64,000 bases of DNA from Macrostomum lignano (lineage: Eukaryota): the NCBI GenBank assembly GCA_002269645.1, contig NIVC01000261.1, forward strand, positions 62,001-126,000. The letters are read 5' to 3'. The number at the start of each line of letters is the position of its first letter. Position 1 is the first letter of the stretch. The position numbers and the translations under genes were made by a program. Under the pieces are notes generated by a model, which saw nothing but the letters and a program-made list of their open reading frames with translations, ran no database searches and was not told the origin of the DNA. Shown piece after piece: positions 40,365 through 52,371 of this stretch.

Positions 40365-40705
40365 AAGGGGTGAGACTGACAGGGAGATGGAGAGGTGAGA
40401 CTGAGAGGGAGTTGGAGATGGAGAGGTGAGACTGAGAGGGAGTTGGAGATGGTGAGGTGAGACTGAGAGAGTAGATGGAGATAGAAAGGTGAGATTGAGA
40501 AAGAGGTGGAGATGGAGAGGTGAGAATGAGAAGGGAGATGGAGAGGTGAGACTGAGAAGGGAGATGGAGAGGTGAGACTGAGAAGGAAGATGGAGAGGTG
40601 AGACTGAGAAGGGAGATGGAGAGGTGAGACTGAGAAGGAAGATGGAGAGGTGAGACTGAGAAGAGAGATGGAAAGGGGAGGTGGAGATGGAGAGGTGAGA
40701 CTGTA
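40365..40705. repeat. GA-rich minisatellite of the same family as 38455-38920
   Basis: Shared core GATGGAGAGGTGAGACTGAG. Confidence 0.88.
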
Positions 40706-41870
40706 ACAGCGTGAATCAATGATGTTAGCCCAGATAATTTTCACTATATCAATTAAAGTGAGTACAATTTACTCTGGGTTAGGTCGGGCCACTCTACCCA
40801 GTTAAGTAGTATCTGGGGAGGGTGAAATTAAAAACTTTCTGAGTACAGGGTTGAACAGGTTAAAAAACTTTCTATACCAGAAGAAAGCCACGGCAGTTGA
40901 GCAAGGTATAAACTGCCTGAGTTCCTTCAACTGGTAAGATTTCCCTTTAAATGTTGATTGTCAAGAAACAAATGTAGTTTATTCAGTCAAATTCGACAAA
41001 GTTGTAAAATTTAAAAAAATTGAAATAAATCGTGATTTTTTGACAATAAGACAATGACATATTTTAGATTTTGTTGATTTGTATTTAAAAAATTTTGATT
41101 TCCTAAAGTTGGCCTGGCCAAGGGCGAACGGTGACACTGACTGACTGTTTTGTGACTGACTTCCAGGCGCTCCAGACCACAGCCGCCTGTCCTCCCACAT
41201 GCGCAAGAGCTCAGTGGTCTTTTGCGTGCGCCTCTTATCTATGTCATCTCTTCTCTCTCCTCTCCCCCTTATCTCTCCCCTCTCCCTTTTCATCTTCTCT
41301 CCTCTATTCTATTGTCTTCTCTCTGATCTTCTGTCTTTTTTCATCCCATACCTCACCTCAGCTCCTCGTCTCATCTCCTCTCTCGCCTATCGCTTCTCTC
41401 TTAGCTCTCTTCTCTTCTCTTATCCTTTACAGTCCTCTCTGATCATCCGACCATAAGCCATACGCTATAACATATTCTACTACAAATTTTTAGTGAATTC
41501 AACAGGCCTTCTAATTAATTTTTTCTAACACGTAAATTTTTATTAGCTGCGTGCCTCAAAAGGGCCGTTTTGATTTTTTCAATAATCAATACGTTAAAGT
41601 AGGGATCAAACAAAGTAAAAAAAGCACCGGACCTTTCGAATGACCTTTATTGTCATTATAATCGCCGATACTAAAATCCAGATTAACGATTGATTAATTA
41701 TACTGTTATATTTTATTGGTTAAGTGATTTGTTAGAAACAAAGATCATGATTTCTATCATATATAATTAATACTTGAATACAAAAAATTCTAGAAAGCTT
41801 TTATATGTCGTTTATATAAACTGGCAACAAAGTAATTAATTGAATTTTAGCCAAAGCCAAATTGATCTTT

Positions 41871-44800
41871 TTATTTTTCCGCTATAATTTGCGGCTGAAA
41901 GTCCGGCTTCACGGCTTTGGCTAAACTCTCAGCGTAGAGATCCAATCGCTGCGTCATCTGCAATAGAAAATTTTGAAATTAGTAAAACGGCCCTTCTAAG
42001 GGCGAGTTTAAAAATACAACACAATGATGCGATCCAGTTCATAAAGATAATAGTCGTAAGCAGAAAATGACCCTGCTTGTATAGTATTCTTGATAATCAA
42101 GAATTTTTTATTTTGTATTTTTGTTAATCTATTTAATTTTTCGCATTAATTTGAAATCGCGGTCGCGCTGTACTTTATACTCACCCGAAAGCCCCATTGG
42201 TCCTTGACCTGGCGGCAGAGGTTCAAGTCTGCTTCGACTACCAGCAGGCCGTCTGACACCCGCGACAGGCCCTGAGAGTTTAGGAGGGAATTGATTTTTT
42301 TAAAAATTGATTACTCCAATCAAAATTGCAACAAAATATTCCAATCAGATGTAACAACTCATAGCTCGTAGTTGGGAACCAATTGCAAATTTTTATATAG
42401 CATTTTATCCAAGTTGCAATATTACTGTGACTGAAAAATTTATGGATCTTCGTAAGTTATTTTTTCAGTTAACACTATCTTAAGTGCGCATCCCTATGTT
42501 TTAGGGGGGGGGGGCTGTCTCGTAGTTGGGTGCCACTGTCTCGTAGTTGGGTGCCACTGTCTCGTAGTTGGGTGCCACTGTCTCGTAGTTGGGTGCCACT
42601 GTCTCGTAGTTGGGTGCCACTGTCTCGTAGTTGGGTGCCACTGTCTCGTTGTTGGGTGCCACTGTCTCATAGTTGGGTGCCACTGTCTCGTAGTTGGGTG
42701 CCACTGTCTCTTGGTGGGCGCCCCTGTCTGTCGGTGGGCGCCCCTGTCTGTTGGTGGGCGCCCCTGTCTGTTGGTGGGCGCCCCTGTCTCTTGGTGGTCG
42801 TCCCTGTCTGTTGGTGGGCGTCCCTGTCTCTTGGTGGGCGTCCCTGTCTGTTGGTGGGCGTCCCTGTCTCTTGGTGGGCGTCCCTGTCTCTTGGTGGGCG
42901 TCCCTGTCTCTTGGTGGGCGTCCCTGTCTCTTGGTGGGCGTCCCTGTCTCTTGGTGGGCGTCCCTGTCTCTTGGTGGGCGTCCCTGTCTCTTGGTGGGCG
43001 TCCCTGTCTCTTGGTGGGCGTCCCTGTCTCTTGGTGGGCGTCCCTGTCTCTTGGTGGGCGTCCCTGTCTCTTGGTGGGCGTCCCTGTCTCTTGGTGGGCG
43101 TCCCTGTCTCTTGGTGGGCGTCCCTGTCTCTTGGTGGGCGTCCCTGTCTCTTGGTGGGCGTCCCTGTCTCTTGGTGGGCGTCCCTGTCTGTTGGGTGATC
43201 TTGCATAATCTTATATCATCTATCTTGCACAGAAACGGAACTCACAGGACTCCGCGCCCCGTTAGGAGCAGTCACGTACGATGAACCGTAGAAATGACCA
43301 AAATCATGGTGAGCACTCCTGCCGTCACCGGAAGTGAACTCGTGAGCGAAATTCTCCTGTAGGAGAGAAGATAGATACAATATATTCTAATTAAATAAGA
43401 AAAAAAAATTGTGGGTGTTAGACAGAGTGTTAGAGACTCTGTTAGAGTGGGTGTGTTAGACAGAGTGTTAGAGACTCTGTTAGAGTGAGTGTGTTAGACA
43501 GAGTGTTAGAGACTCTGTTAGAGTGGGTGTGTTAGACAGAGTGTTAGAGACTCTGTTAGAGTGGGTGTGTTAGACAGAGTGTTAGAGACTCTGTTAGAGT
43601 GGGTGTGTTAGACAGGATGTTAGAGACTCGGTTAGAGTGGGTGTGTTAGACAGGGTGTTAGAGACTGTGTTAGAGTGGGTGTGTTAGACAGGATGTTAGA
43701 GACTCGGTTAGAGTGGGTGTGTTAGACAGGGTGTTAGAGACTGTGTTAGAGTGGGTGTGTTAGACAGGATGTTAGAGACTCGGTTAGAGTGGGTGTGTTA
43801 GACAGGGTGTTAGAGACTGTGTTAGAGTGGGTGTGTTAGACAGGATGTTAGAGACTCGGTTAGAGTGGGTGTGTTAGACAGGGTGTTAGAGACTGTGTTA
43901 GAGTGGGTGTGTTAGACAAAGTGTTAGAGACTCGGTTAGAGTGGGTGTGTTAGACAGGGTGTTAGAGACTGTGTTAGAGTGGGTGTGTTAGACAGGATGT
44001 TAGAGACTCGGTTAGAGTGGGTGTGTTAGACAGGGTGTTAGAGACTGTGTTAGAGTGGGTGTGTTAGACAAAGTGTTAGAGACTCGGTTAGAGTGGGTGT
44101 GTTAGACAGGGTGTTAGAGACTGTGTTAGAGTGAGTGTGTTAGACAGGGTGTTAGAGACTGTGTTAGAGTGGGTGTGTTAGACAGGGTGTTAGACAGGGT
44201 GTTAGGCAGGGTGTTAGACAGGGTATTAGACAGGGTGTTAGACAGGGTGTTAGACAGGGTGTTAGACAGGGTGTTAGACAGGGTGTTAGACAGGGTGTTA
44301 GACAGGGTATTAGACAGGGTGTTAGAGACTCAGTTAGAGTGAGTGTGTTAGACAGGGTGTTAGAGACTGTGTTAGAGTGGGTGTGGATTTTAGATAAGGT
44401 GTTAGAGACGCGATCAAAAGCCGGTGTTAGACGGGACAGCATGACTCAAACTCACGGTGCCAACTCGGTTGATAGCAACAGAGAAATAATTATTGGCTAT
44501 GGCGGCGTTGCGAGCTTCGATTGGCCAGAAGGCCTCGCTGAGGCTGTCCACAGTGGCGGAGGGGTTGAACACGATTTCTGCGCCGTTCACGCCGTACATC
44601 AGCCAGTTCTGTGGGTGGTGCCGGCCGTAGCAGATGTTCACCGCGATGCGACCGAACTGGGTGTCGAATACCGGATGGCCCAGCTCGCTCTCCATGTAGT
44701 AGGTTGACTGCGGGTGAACGAGTGATAGAGTTCATGAGTTTGAGTGAGTTGAGTTCATGAGTTCATGAGTGAGTTCATGAGTTTGAGTGAGTTGAGTTCA

Positions 44801-47800
44801 TGAGTGAGTTCATGAGTTTATGAGTGAGTTCATGAGTTCATGAGTGAGTTCATGAGTTTATGAGTGAGTTCATGAGTTCATGAGTGAGTTCATGAGTTTA
44901 TGAGTGAGTTCATGAGTTTATGAGTGAGTTCATGAGTTCATGAGTGAGTTCATGAGTTCATGAGTGAGTTCATGAGTTTATGAGTGAGTTCATGAGTTCA
45001 TGAGTGAGTTCATGAGTTCATGAGTGAGTTCATGAGTTCATGAGTGAGTGAACGAGTGAATGAGTGAACGAGGGAATGAGTGAGCGAGTGAATGAGTGAG
45101 CGAGTGTGTGAGTGAGTTATTGAGTGAGCGATTGAATGAATGAGCGAGTGAATGAGTGAGCGAATGAATGAGTGAGCGAATGAATGAGTGAGCGAGTGTG
45201 TGGGTTAGTGAGTGAGTGAGTGAGTTCATGAGTGAACGAGTGAATGAGCGAGTGGGTGAATGAGTGAGTGAGTGAGTTTATGAGTTTATGACTTCATGAG
45301 TGAGTGAACGAGTGAGCGAGTGAATGAGTGAGTGTGTGAGTGAGTGAACGAGTGAATGAGTGAGTGTGTGTGTGAGTTAGTGAGCGAGTGAGTGAGTTAT
45401 TGAATGAACAAGTGAAAGAGATTTCCGACTCAAGAATATGTGAATCCAATACAAGCGTACATGTATATCTGTGAACCCTGGATGACCTTGGAGTTTACTT
45501 TGTGTGTAGTGCAGACATTTTTTATCAAACTGACCGCAACTTTAGATAATGGCATAAGCAATTGCAGTCTCTGTGGAACATTCAGCAGTATTTAGATTAA
45601 AACCATGCACACAAAATTGAAATTCATTAAAAAGTGTAGAAATTTTAATCTTGTTTTAGCTGTAATAATGCATGAGCTTTCGTGTCAGTTTTGCACAAAC
45701 TATTGGGGTGGCCTTCAGAATTTCGAAATTTTGTGCAACCGACAGCTCAGCCGCAGCTATTGAAGGCTGCGTACGGCTGTTCAGTCCAAGGACTGGGGGG
45801 TCGCCACACACACCCCCAATTGCCCCAGCTAATGCTGGCACCCATTTTACAGCTGGGTGAACTGAAGCAATGCAGAGTGAGGTGTCTTGCTCAAGGACAA
45901 AAATTGTTTCTAGTGGGTCAAGAATCGAACCCCAGACATTTCCTTCAGTCGTGAGTTCGACGCTCTAACTACCCCCTTCCCCCACAAACCCACGCCCATT
46001 TTCACCTCATTGAAATCTCCCACTCGCGGTATGTGATTCTTCCTAGTCTTGCCAATCACTTTGCCAGTATTGGAAATCACCACGGCCGTATTCCAGACGG
46101 TGTCGCCGTGTGATTCGTCGCGTTCAAGAATTGGCGACACGATCACCATGTTGTACCGGCCGGCCAGCTGTCGCATCGCCTGGGTGGTTGGGCCATCCTC
46201 GGCCGATTCGGCGAACTGCGTCCACGGGTGCTTCTCCCGGGTGCAGAAGGCGAACGGCATGTCTGTCGGGGTGGGGGGCAAAGGGGACGGGTGAGATTGA
46301 CCAAGACGTTGTTTGACAGTCTACTCGATAGTCTACTCGATAGTCTACTCGATAGTCTACTCGATAGTCTACTCGATAGTCTACTCGATAGTCTACTCGA
46401 TAGTCTACTCGATAGTCTACTCGATAGTCTACTCGATAGTCTACTCGATAGTCTACTCGATAGTCTACTCGATAGTCTACTCGATAGTCTACTCGATAGT
46501 CTACTAGATAGTCTACTTGATAGTCTACTCGATTGTCTACTTGAAAGTCTACTCGATAGTCTACTCGATAGTCTACTCGATAGTCTACTAGATAGTCTGC
46601 TCGATAGTCTACTCGATAGTCTACTTGATAGTCTACTCGATAGTCTACTCGATAGTCTACTAGATAGTCTGCTCGATAGTCTACTCGATAGTCTACTCGA
46701 TAGTCTACTCGATAGTCTACTTGATAGTCTACTCGATAGTCTACTCGATAGTCTACTTGATAGTCTACTCGATAGTCTACTCGATAGTCTACTCGATAGT
46801 CTACTCGATAGTCTACTCGATAGTCTACTAGATAGTCTGCTCGATAGTCTACTTGATAGTCTACTCGATAGTCTACTCGATAGTCTACTCGATAGTCTAC
46901 TCGATAGTCTACTCGATAGTCTACTAGATAGTCTACTCGATAGTCTACTCGATAGTCTACTTGATAGTCTACTCGATAGTCTACTCGATAGTCTACTAGA
47001 TAGTCTGCTCGATAGTCTACTTGATAGTCTACTCGATAGTCTACTCGATAGTCTACTCGATAGTCTACTCGATAGTCTACTCGATAGTCTACTCGATATT
47101 CTACTCGGTAGTCTACTCGATAGTCTACTCGATAGTCTACTCGATAGTCTACTCGATAGTCTACTCGATAGTCTACTCGATAGTCTGCTCGGTAGTCTAC
47201 TAGATAGTCTACTCGATAGTCTACTCGATAGTCTACTCGATAGTCTACTAGATAGTCTGCTCGATAGTCTACTTGATAGTCTACTCGATAGTCTACTCGA
47301 TAGTCTACTCGATAGTCTACTCGATAGTCTACTCGATAGTCTACTCGATAGTCTACTCGATAGTCTACTCGATAGTCTACTCGATAGTCTACTCGATAGT
47401 CTACTCGATAGTCTACTCGATAGTCTACTCGATAGTCTACTCGATAGTCTACTCGATAGTCTACTCGATAGTCTACTCGATAGTCTGCTCGATAGTCTAC
47501 TCGATAGTCTACTCGGTAGTCTACTAGATAGTCTACTCGATAGTCTACTCGATAGTCTACTCGGTAGTCTTGCCTGCTTATTACTCTACTTGATGGTCTA
47601 CTAGATAGTCTACTCGATAGTCTGCTCGGTAGTCTTGCCTGCTTATTACTCTACTTGATGGTCTACTAGATAGTCTACTCGATAGTCTACTCGATAGTCT
47701 GCTCGGTAGTCTTGCCTGCTTATTACTCTACTTGATGGTCTACTAGATAGTCTACTCAATAGTCTACTTGACAGCCTACTCGATAGTCTACTCGATACTG

Positions 47801-48991
47801 ATAGTCTACTCGATAGTCTACTCGATAGTTTACTTGACAATCTACTCGACAGCCCCACTAGACTCACTCCAGGTCTCTTGCATACAGAGCACATTGACTC
47901 CGCATTCGGCAGCCACTGCAATGTAACTGCTTATCTTCTTGATGAGGCTGTCTCTCTAAAATGAAGTTTTTTATGTTTGCACTTTTACTGTTAATTGTTT
48001 AATATATTATGAAACGAGTGATAAAAAGTAAATGTTTGAGGTCCCCATCAACTGCTGCTCACCTGCGCTCGAATTGGAGCATCCGTGGGCTCAACAATGG
48101 AATTCTGGATGGCTCCAATTCGAACAATTCTCGGTTTGCGCAATTCCTCAGCTAGTGCAGGAAATCGGAATGACTTGACCTCCAGCTTTAACTTGTCAGC
48201 CAGATCCTTCGCTTTTGGATCGAATTTCAGATAGTGTGATGGGCTGTTTTAAAGGTTTTTTATGGGATACTATTAAGTTTTAAGAGTTTTACAGAAGTTA
48301 TGATAATTAACTATCTATTAGTATACATTTGATTAATCTTCATGTACTTATCATAAAAATTTATAAAAAAATCAAACTCACATTTCCATTTATTGTGAAA
48401 ATAGAAATTTAAAAATGCTTTTTTTCTTCTCAATATATAATTTTAATTTATTTGGTTTTACCAAATGGAGCATATATGCAAATAATTAAATTAAATACTA
48501 AGCATTTGAACAATCCAAATGAGTTTAATGAACTTAATAGTCAGAAAGATCTATATATTTGCTAAGAAATCATTGCTTTCAATTTTCATGAAAATTAATC
48601 AGCAAATTTTTTACTCTTTAATTTTTAGTCCAGAAGAAAATAAAAATGGACTATTTTATGCAATTTCAGCAGCTATGACACCGTCTTATCTATTTAAATT
48701 TTCTATAAATACATTCATAATTTAACGATTCAACAAATAATTCTTTAATTCAGCCGTAAATCAAAATAGTTTTTATTTTTCAGTAAACTAGACTACTTCT
48801 TTTATTTTATAGTAAGGTTGATCGACGTTCTTTTTAAAACTAACGGAAATCAAGGAACGTTTAGAGGTAAGGAGAGTTACGAGTACTTACTCCTGAATAT
48901 CGAAACCATAAAGACCACGGTGAACTTTCTGTAACTCCTCTTTTGGAATATATTTTTCCAATATTTCTTCAATACTGTTAAATTGAGCCAT
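41871..48991 (-). CDS. UPB1: Beta-ureidopropionase (nitrilase family), 8 exons: 48991-48891, 48243-48063, 47955-47868, 46262-46006, 44707-44456, 43356-43246, 42271-42185, 41957-41871 (1164 nt, 387 aa)
   Basis: Catalytic triad motifs CMQETW (E), [13 protein letters not shown] (K) and NICYGRHHP (C); [10 protein letters not shown]; [12 protein letters not shown]; GHFYGSSY. All junctions are GT-AG and phase-compatible. Confidence 0.95.
42505..43195. repeat. Adjacent 21-bp (TCGTAGTTGGGTGCCACTGTC) and 20-bp (TTGGTGGGCGTCCCTGTCTC) minisatellites, UPB1 intron 6
   Basis: Direct reading. Confidence 0.93.
43410..44400. repeat. 38-bp and 12-bp GTGTTAGA-based minisatellites, UPB1 intron 5
   Basis: Direct reading. 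Confidence 0.93.
44730..45420. repeat. GAGT/GAGTTCAT compound microsatellite, UPB1 intron 4
   Basis: Direct reading. Confidence 0.9.
46315..47850. repeat. 12-bp minisatellite (GATAGTCTACTC), UPB1 intron 3
   Basis: More than 100 copies; source of the LLDS pseudo-ORF. Confidence 0.97.
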
Positions 48992-50067
48992 TAAATCTTG
49001 TAGCGCTAAAGAACAAGCTGAACTTCAAATGAATAAAAAATGAATAAGTTCAGCTAGCTATCAGGCAAAACCTTTATTTTGTGATAATTTTCTTTGAAAA
49101 TTAAGAAGTCAAAATAGTGCTGAAATGCTTTAAATTAGTCATTAAAACAAATTTCATGTTACATCTCATTTTATTTAAGCAAATCAACTTGAAAATTATA
49201 TCATTAGGCCTTTAAAACTGCTTTAAAAACAACAGAATTAAAAGTCTTCGGGACTATCTACTGGATTAATGACTACAATCAAATTAAATTGCATCTGTTG
49301 GGTACGCTCGTACGCAGGAATTTTTGTCAGAACTATATTTAATAGGAATGAGAGGACAAAAATATGAAAATAATAATATACTTTGCCATTAAGAGTAAAA
49401 TCAATAAAACATTGTGTTATAGACTAACGGAATAATCTTGCTTCAGGGCGCCAAAATAAGCGCCTGAATTCCTGCTGCAGTGCAGCGCCAAAATGAAGAG
49501 CTGCCAACATTGATTCTCAAAACAATGTACATGTATAGTAGAGATTTATTCATGTATATGCATGTAAAATAATTTTACGAGAATTCAATTCTTGGATGGC
49601 TTTACACAATATATACAGTAAATATGTACATGTAAAAAACCATGGCGACGACGCCCCTGTACATGTGATTGTGAATATCAAGCATGTTTTTTGTAGCAGG
49701 GGCAGGGCAACTTCTTTGTTCCTTTTTTCCTAACAAAAACGAACATATGAGTGTATTGAAATCAAGGAACTATATACAGAATATAGATTTATTGCAACTC
49801 TGCGAATGCATAGAAATTAAAAAAATGGATTAAGAAATCTGCTGATTGATGCCGAACTTATTGTGTAAAATTAACATTTACATGCAAGCTGTTTTTTGTT
49901 ACAGGAAATCGAGAGTAGCTAGGTAGGGGCGGAAAGGAGAGTAGGTAAGGGGCGGAAAGGAAAAATGAGAATTGGTAGGGGCGGAAAGGAGAGTAGGGGC
50001 GGGTGGGAGAGGGGCGGGTGGGATCGAGAGTAGGGGCGGAAGGGCGAGATATGGTACCCTTGGTGCT

Positions 50068-50483
50068 GGCGCCCCTCAGATGAAATGGCGCCCCTCAGAT
50101 GAAATAGCACCCCACAGATGAAATGGCACCCCCTCAGATGAAATAGCACCCCACAGATGAAATGGCACCCCCTCAGATGAAATGGCACCCCACAGATGAA
50201 ATGGCACCCCACAGATGAAATGGCACCCTCACAGATGAAATGGCGCCCCTCAGATGAAATGGCACCCCCACAGATGAAATGGCACCCCCACAGATGAAAT
50301 GACGCCCCTCAGATGAAATAGCACCCCACAGATGAAATGGCACCCCCACAGATGAAATGGCACCCCCTCAGATGAAATGGCACCCTCACAGATGAAATGG
50401 CGCCCCTCAGATGAAATGGCGCCCCTCAGATGAAATGGCGCCCCTCAGATGAAATGGCACCCCCACAGATGAAATGACGCCCC
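50068..50483. repeat. 18-19-bp minisatellite (CCCC[T/A]CAGATGAAATGGCA), left part; interrupted by the viral element
   Basis: The same unit resumes in the same orientation at 60658. Confidence 0.95.
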
Positions 50484-50912
50484 ACTACGTAACACGTAGA
50501 TTGTGGTTGATTTTGGAGGTGAGGTGGGTGTCAGAGCCAATGCAAATTCAACGCCTATCTAAATACATTAGACCGATTCTAATTGGTCCAGAGTCATTAT
50601 GTGAGACATTTATGCTCTCATGTAAAATCTATACATGTAATCAGTGTATCGTACAGCAGCGACGAGTACAATATAGTACGCATAATTAGCGCATCGCAGT
50701 TGTTGTACGCAGAAGCGCGCGCGCGCCCCCATCCCCACACAATGCAGCATTGGTGTACGCAGAATTAACTGTCCATATTAACTGTCCATATACCCAAAAT
50801 TGGCAGAATTAGAGCGCCCACCCCATAACTGTCCATATTATTACTTGTCCATATTTACTGTCCATCCCAAAATTGGTGTACGCGCAGAATTTTAGCGTCC
50901 GCCCACCCCATA
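50484..50912 (+). repeat. Left terminal inverted repeat (429 bp)
   Basis: Reverse complement of 60228-60657 apart from two small indels seen by eye (a GC dinucleotide and 3 bp). Confidence 0.95.
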
Positions 50913-51218
50913 ACTGTCCATATTATTACTTGTCCATATTTACTGTCCATATATACACCCAAAATTGGTGTACGCACAGAATTGTCTGTGACCCCACAAA
51001 ATTGGCGGCCCCACGCGGAGGCATGATGAGTCAGTCAGCCGCTGTAAACCGCTGCTGCAGCCTGTTATTTCCACTCCTTCCATACTTCACTCTCTAGAAT
51101 TCAGCCCTCGTCGACACTCCGAGACAATTACGTCATCCCCCAACCCCTCTCCCAAATAAGTTTTCAAAAGGCGTATATATATTTACACAAAAAGCCGGCC
51201 GAGCTTTGATACGTATAT

Positions 51219-51869
51219 TTATTTAGCATACACAATTGGGTGACGACCCAAAACGTTTGAATAATAGCGAGCAGGAGCATTTTGCAAACAGTTTACAATC
51301 AAGTATGAGTAGGGGTCGCGAGTAGCATCCTCATACGTTTTGACAAAACTTTTTGGATTAGTGGGGACCAGCTGCCTTGCAATATGAGACACTGTGCTGG
51401 CATCCCGTACATTGCGGAATAAAACAAGGTAGTTCGAATTGAGTGACTGAGTTCGGTGCTCCTTACCCTTTGCAAACAGGTTTTGCACAAGATACCAAAG
51501 TCGGAACCCCACGTGGGAGACTTTGCGCGTGAAAAAAGTTGTAAAAGCGCCACTCTTTTCCATGGCATGCATTTGGTCGTCGACGACAAGCAGAATATTT
51601 GGTTCAGGGACATATTGTTCAGGATCAAATGTACACGAACGAAAATTTACAGGGTAAGGCAATTCAAACAGTTCAGGATCCGGATAGTGGCCAAACCAGT
51701 CTACGCGAATCGGCTTCGGATCTTGAAAAAATTCTTGTCTCAATAGGTTTTTCACAAGTGTGGTCTTGCCGCTTTGAGCCACCCCAGCAAAAATTGCCGA
51801 CGTTTTGGGGGCAAATTTTAAAGAGTCGGGGTCTATTGTTTGATACATTTTGATAGGCCGCCCAATCAT
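51219..51869 (-). CDS. A32/FtsK-like genome-packaging ATPase
   Basis: Walker A GVAQSGKTT, Walker B LLVVDD, VQNLF, RTQSLNSNYLVLFRNVRD; typical of Polinton ATPases. Confidence 0.92.
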   Translation of the reverse strand: MIGRPIKMYQTIDPDSLKFAPKTSAIFAGVAQSGKTTLVKNLLRQEFFQDPKPIRVDWFGHYPDPELFELPYPVNFRSCTFDPEQYVPEPNILLVVDDQMHAMEKSGAFTTFFTRKVSHVGFRLWYLVQNLFAKGKEHRTQSLNSNYLVLFRNVRDASTVSHIARQLVPTNPKSFVKTYEDATRDPYSYLIVNCLQNAPARYYSNVLGRHPIVYAK

Positions 51870-51871
51870 AT

Positions 51872-52321
51872 TTATGGATGATGCTGCTTTATTTGTAGAC
51901 AGTGATTCTGCACCATCAAGTCGTTCTCGTAAAGATTTGTGCTATAACAGTCGCGCAATATTTTTTCAATTGACAGACCCTCCAGAAAGTGTTTTTCAGC
52001 CACAAATATTACATGAGCCCCGCAGGTCACACTTAGCTGATGCTGTACAGGATGCCGGTTCATGGCCACCTTCACAGGGACATACTTTGCGATCCACAAC
52101 TTTAATAAATCTGGCACAGGATCGATACACACGGGGTCAAAAAATGTCACGCTCTCATCGGCATGAAGACAAATTAAAGCCCAGTGAGTGCCTGGTAGAT
52201 TGCCAGTGTCAAAGTTAATCACGTATGCAGCAGGATAAACAGGCTGCGGAATCCTGTCAACTGGTGTTACTCGAACAGGGACAGGTAGTATTAGACGTTC
52301 TAATATATCTAGACTATTCAT
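51872..52321 (-). CDS. Adenain-like capsid maturation cysteine protease
   Basis: VINFD..PGTHW (His), FFD (Asp), Q...S.TCG (Gln/Cys). Confidence 0.9.
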   Translation of the reverse strand: MNSLDILERLILPVPVRVTPVDRIPQPVYPAAYVINFDTGNLPGTHWALICLHADESVTFFDPVCIDPVPDLLKLWIAKYVPVKVAMNRHPVQHQLSVTCGAHVIFVAEKHFLEGLSIEKILRDCYSTNLYENDLMVQNHCLQIKQHHP

Positions 52322-52371
52322 ATCGGCATGAATATGGTCGTTATTCGAGAATAAAAAAGAGATGTTTGTTT

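Noticed and set aside
39060-41300. GC-rich exon-like patches at ~39070-39300 and ~41160-41240
   Set aside because: No consistent reading frame or recognisable motif; cannot build a gene model
46228-47604. 458-aa LLDS-repeat ORF
   Set aside because: 12-bp satellite in UPB1 intron 3, antisense to the real gene
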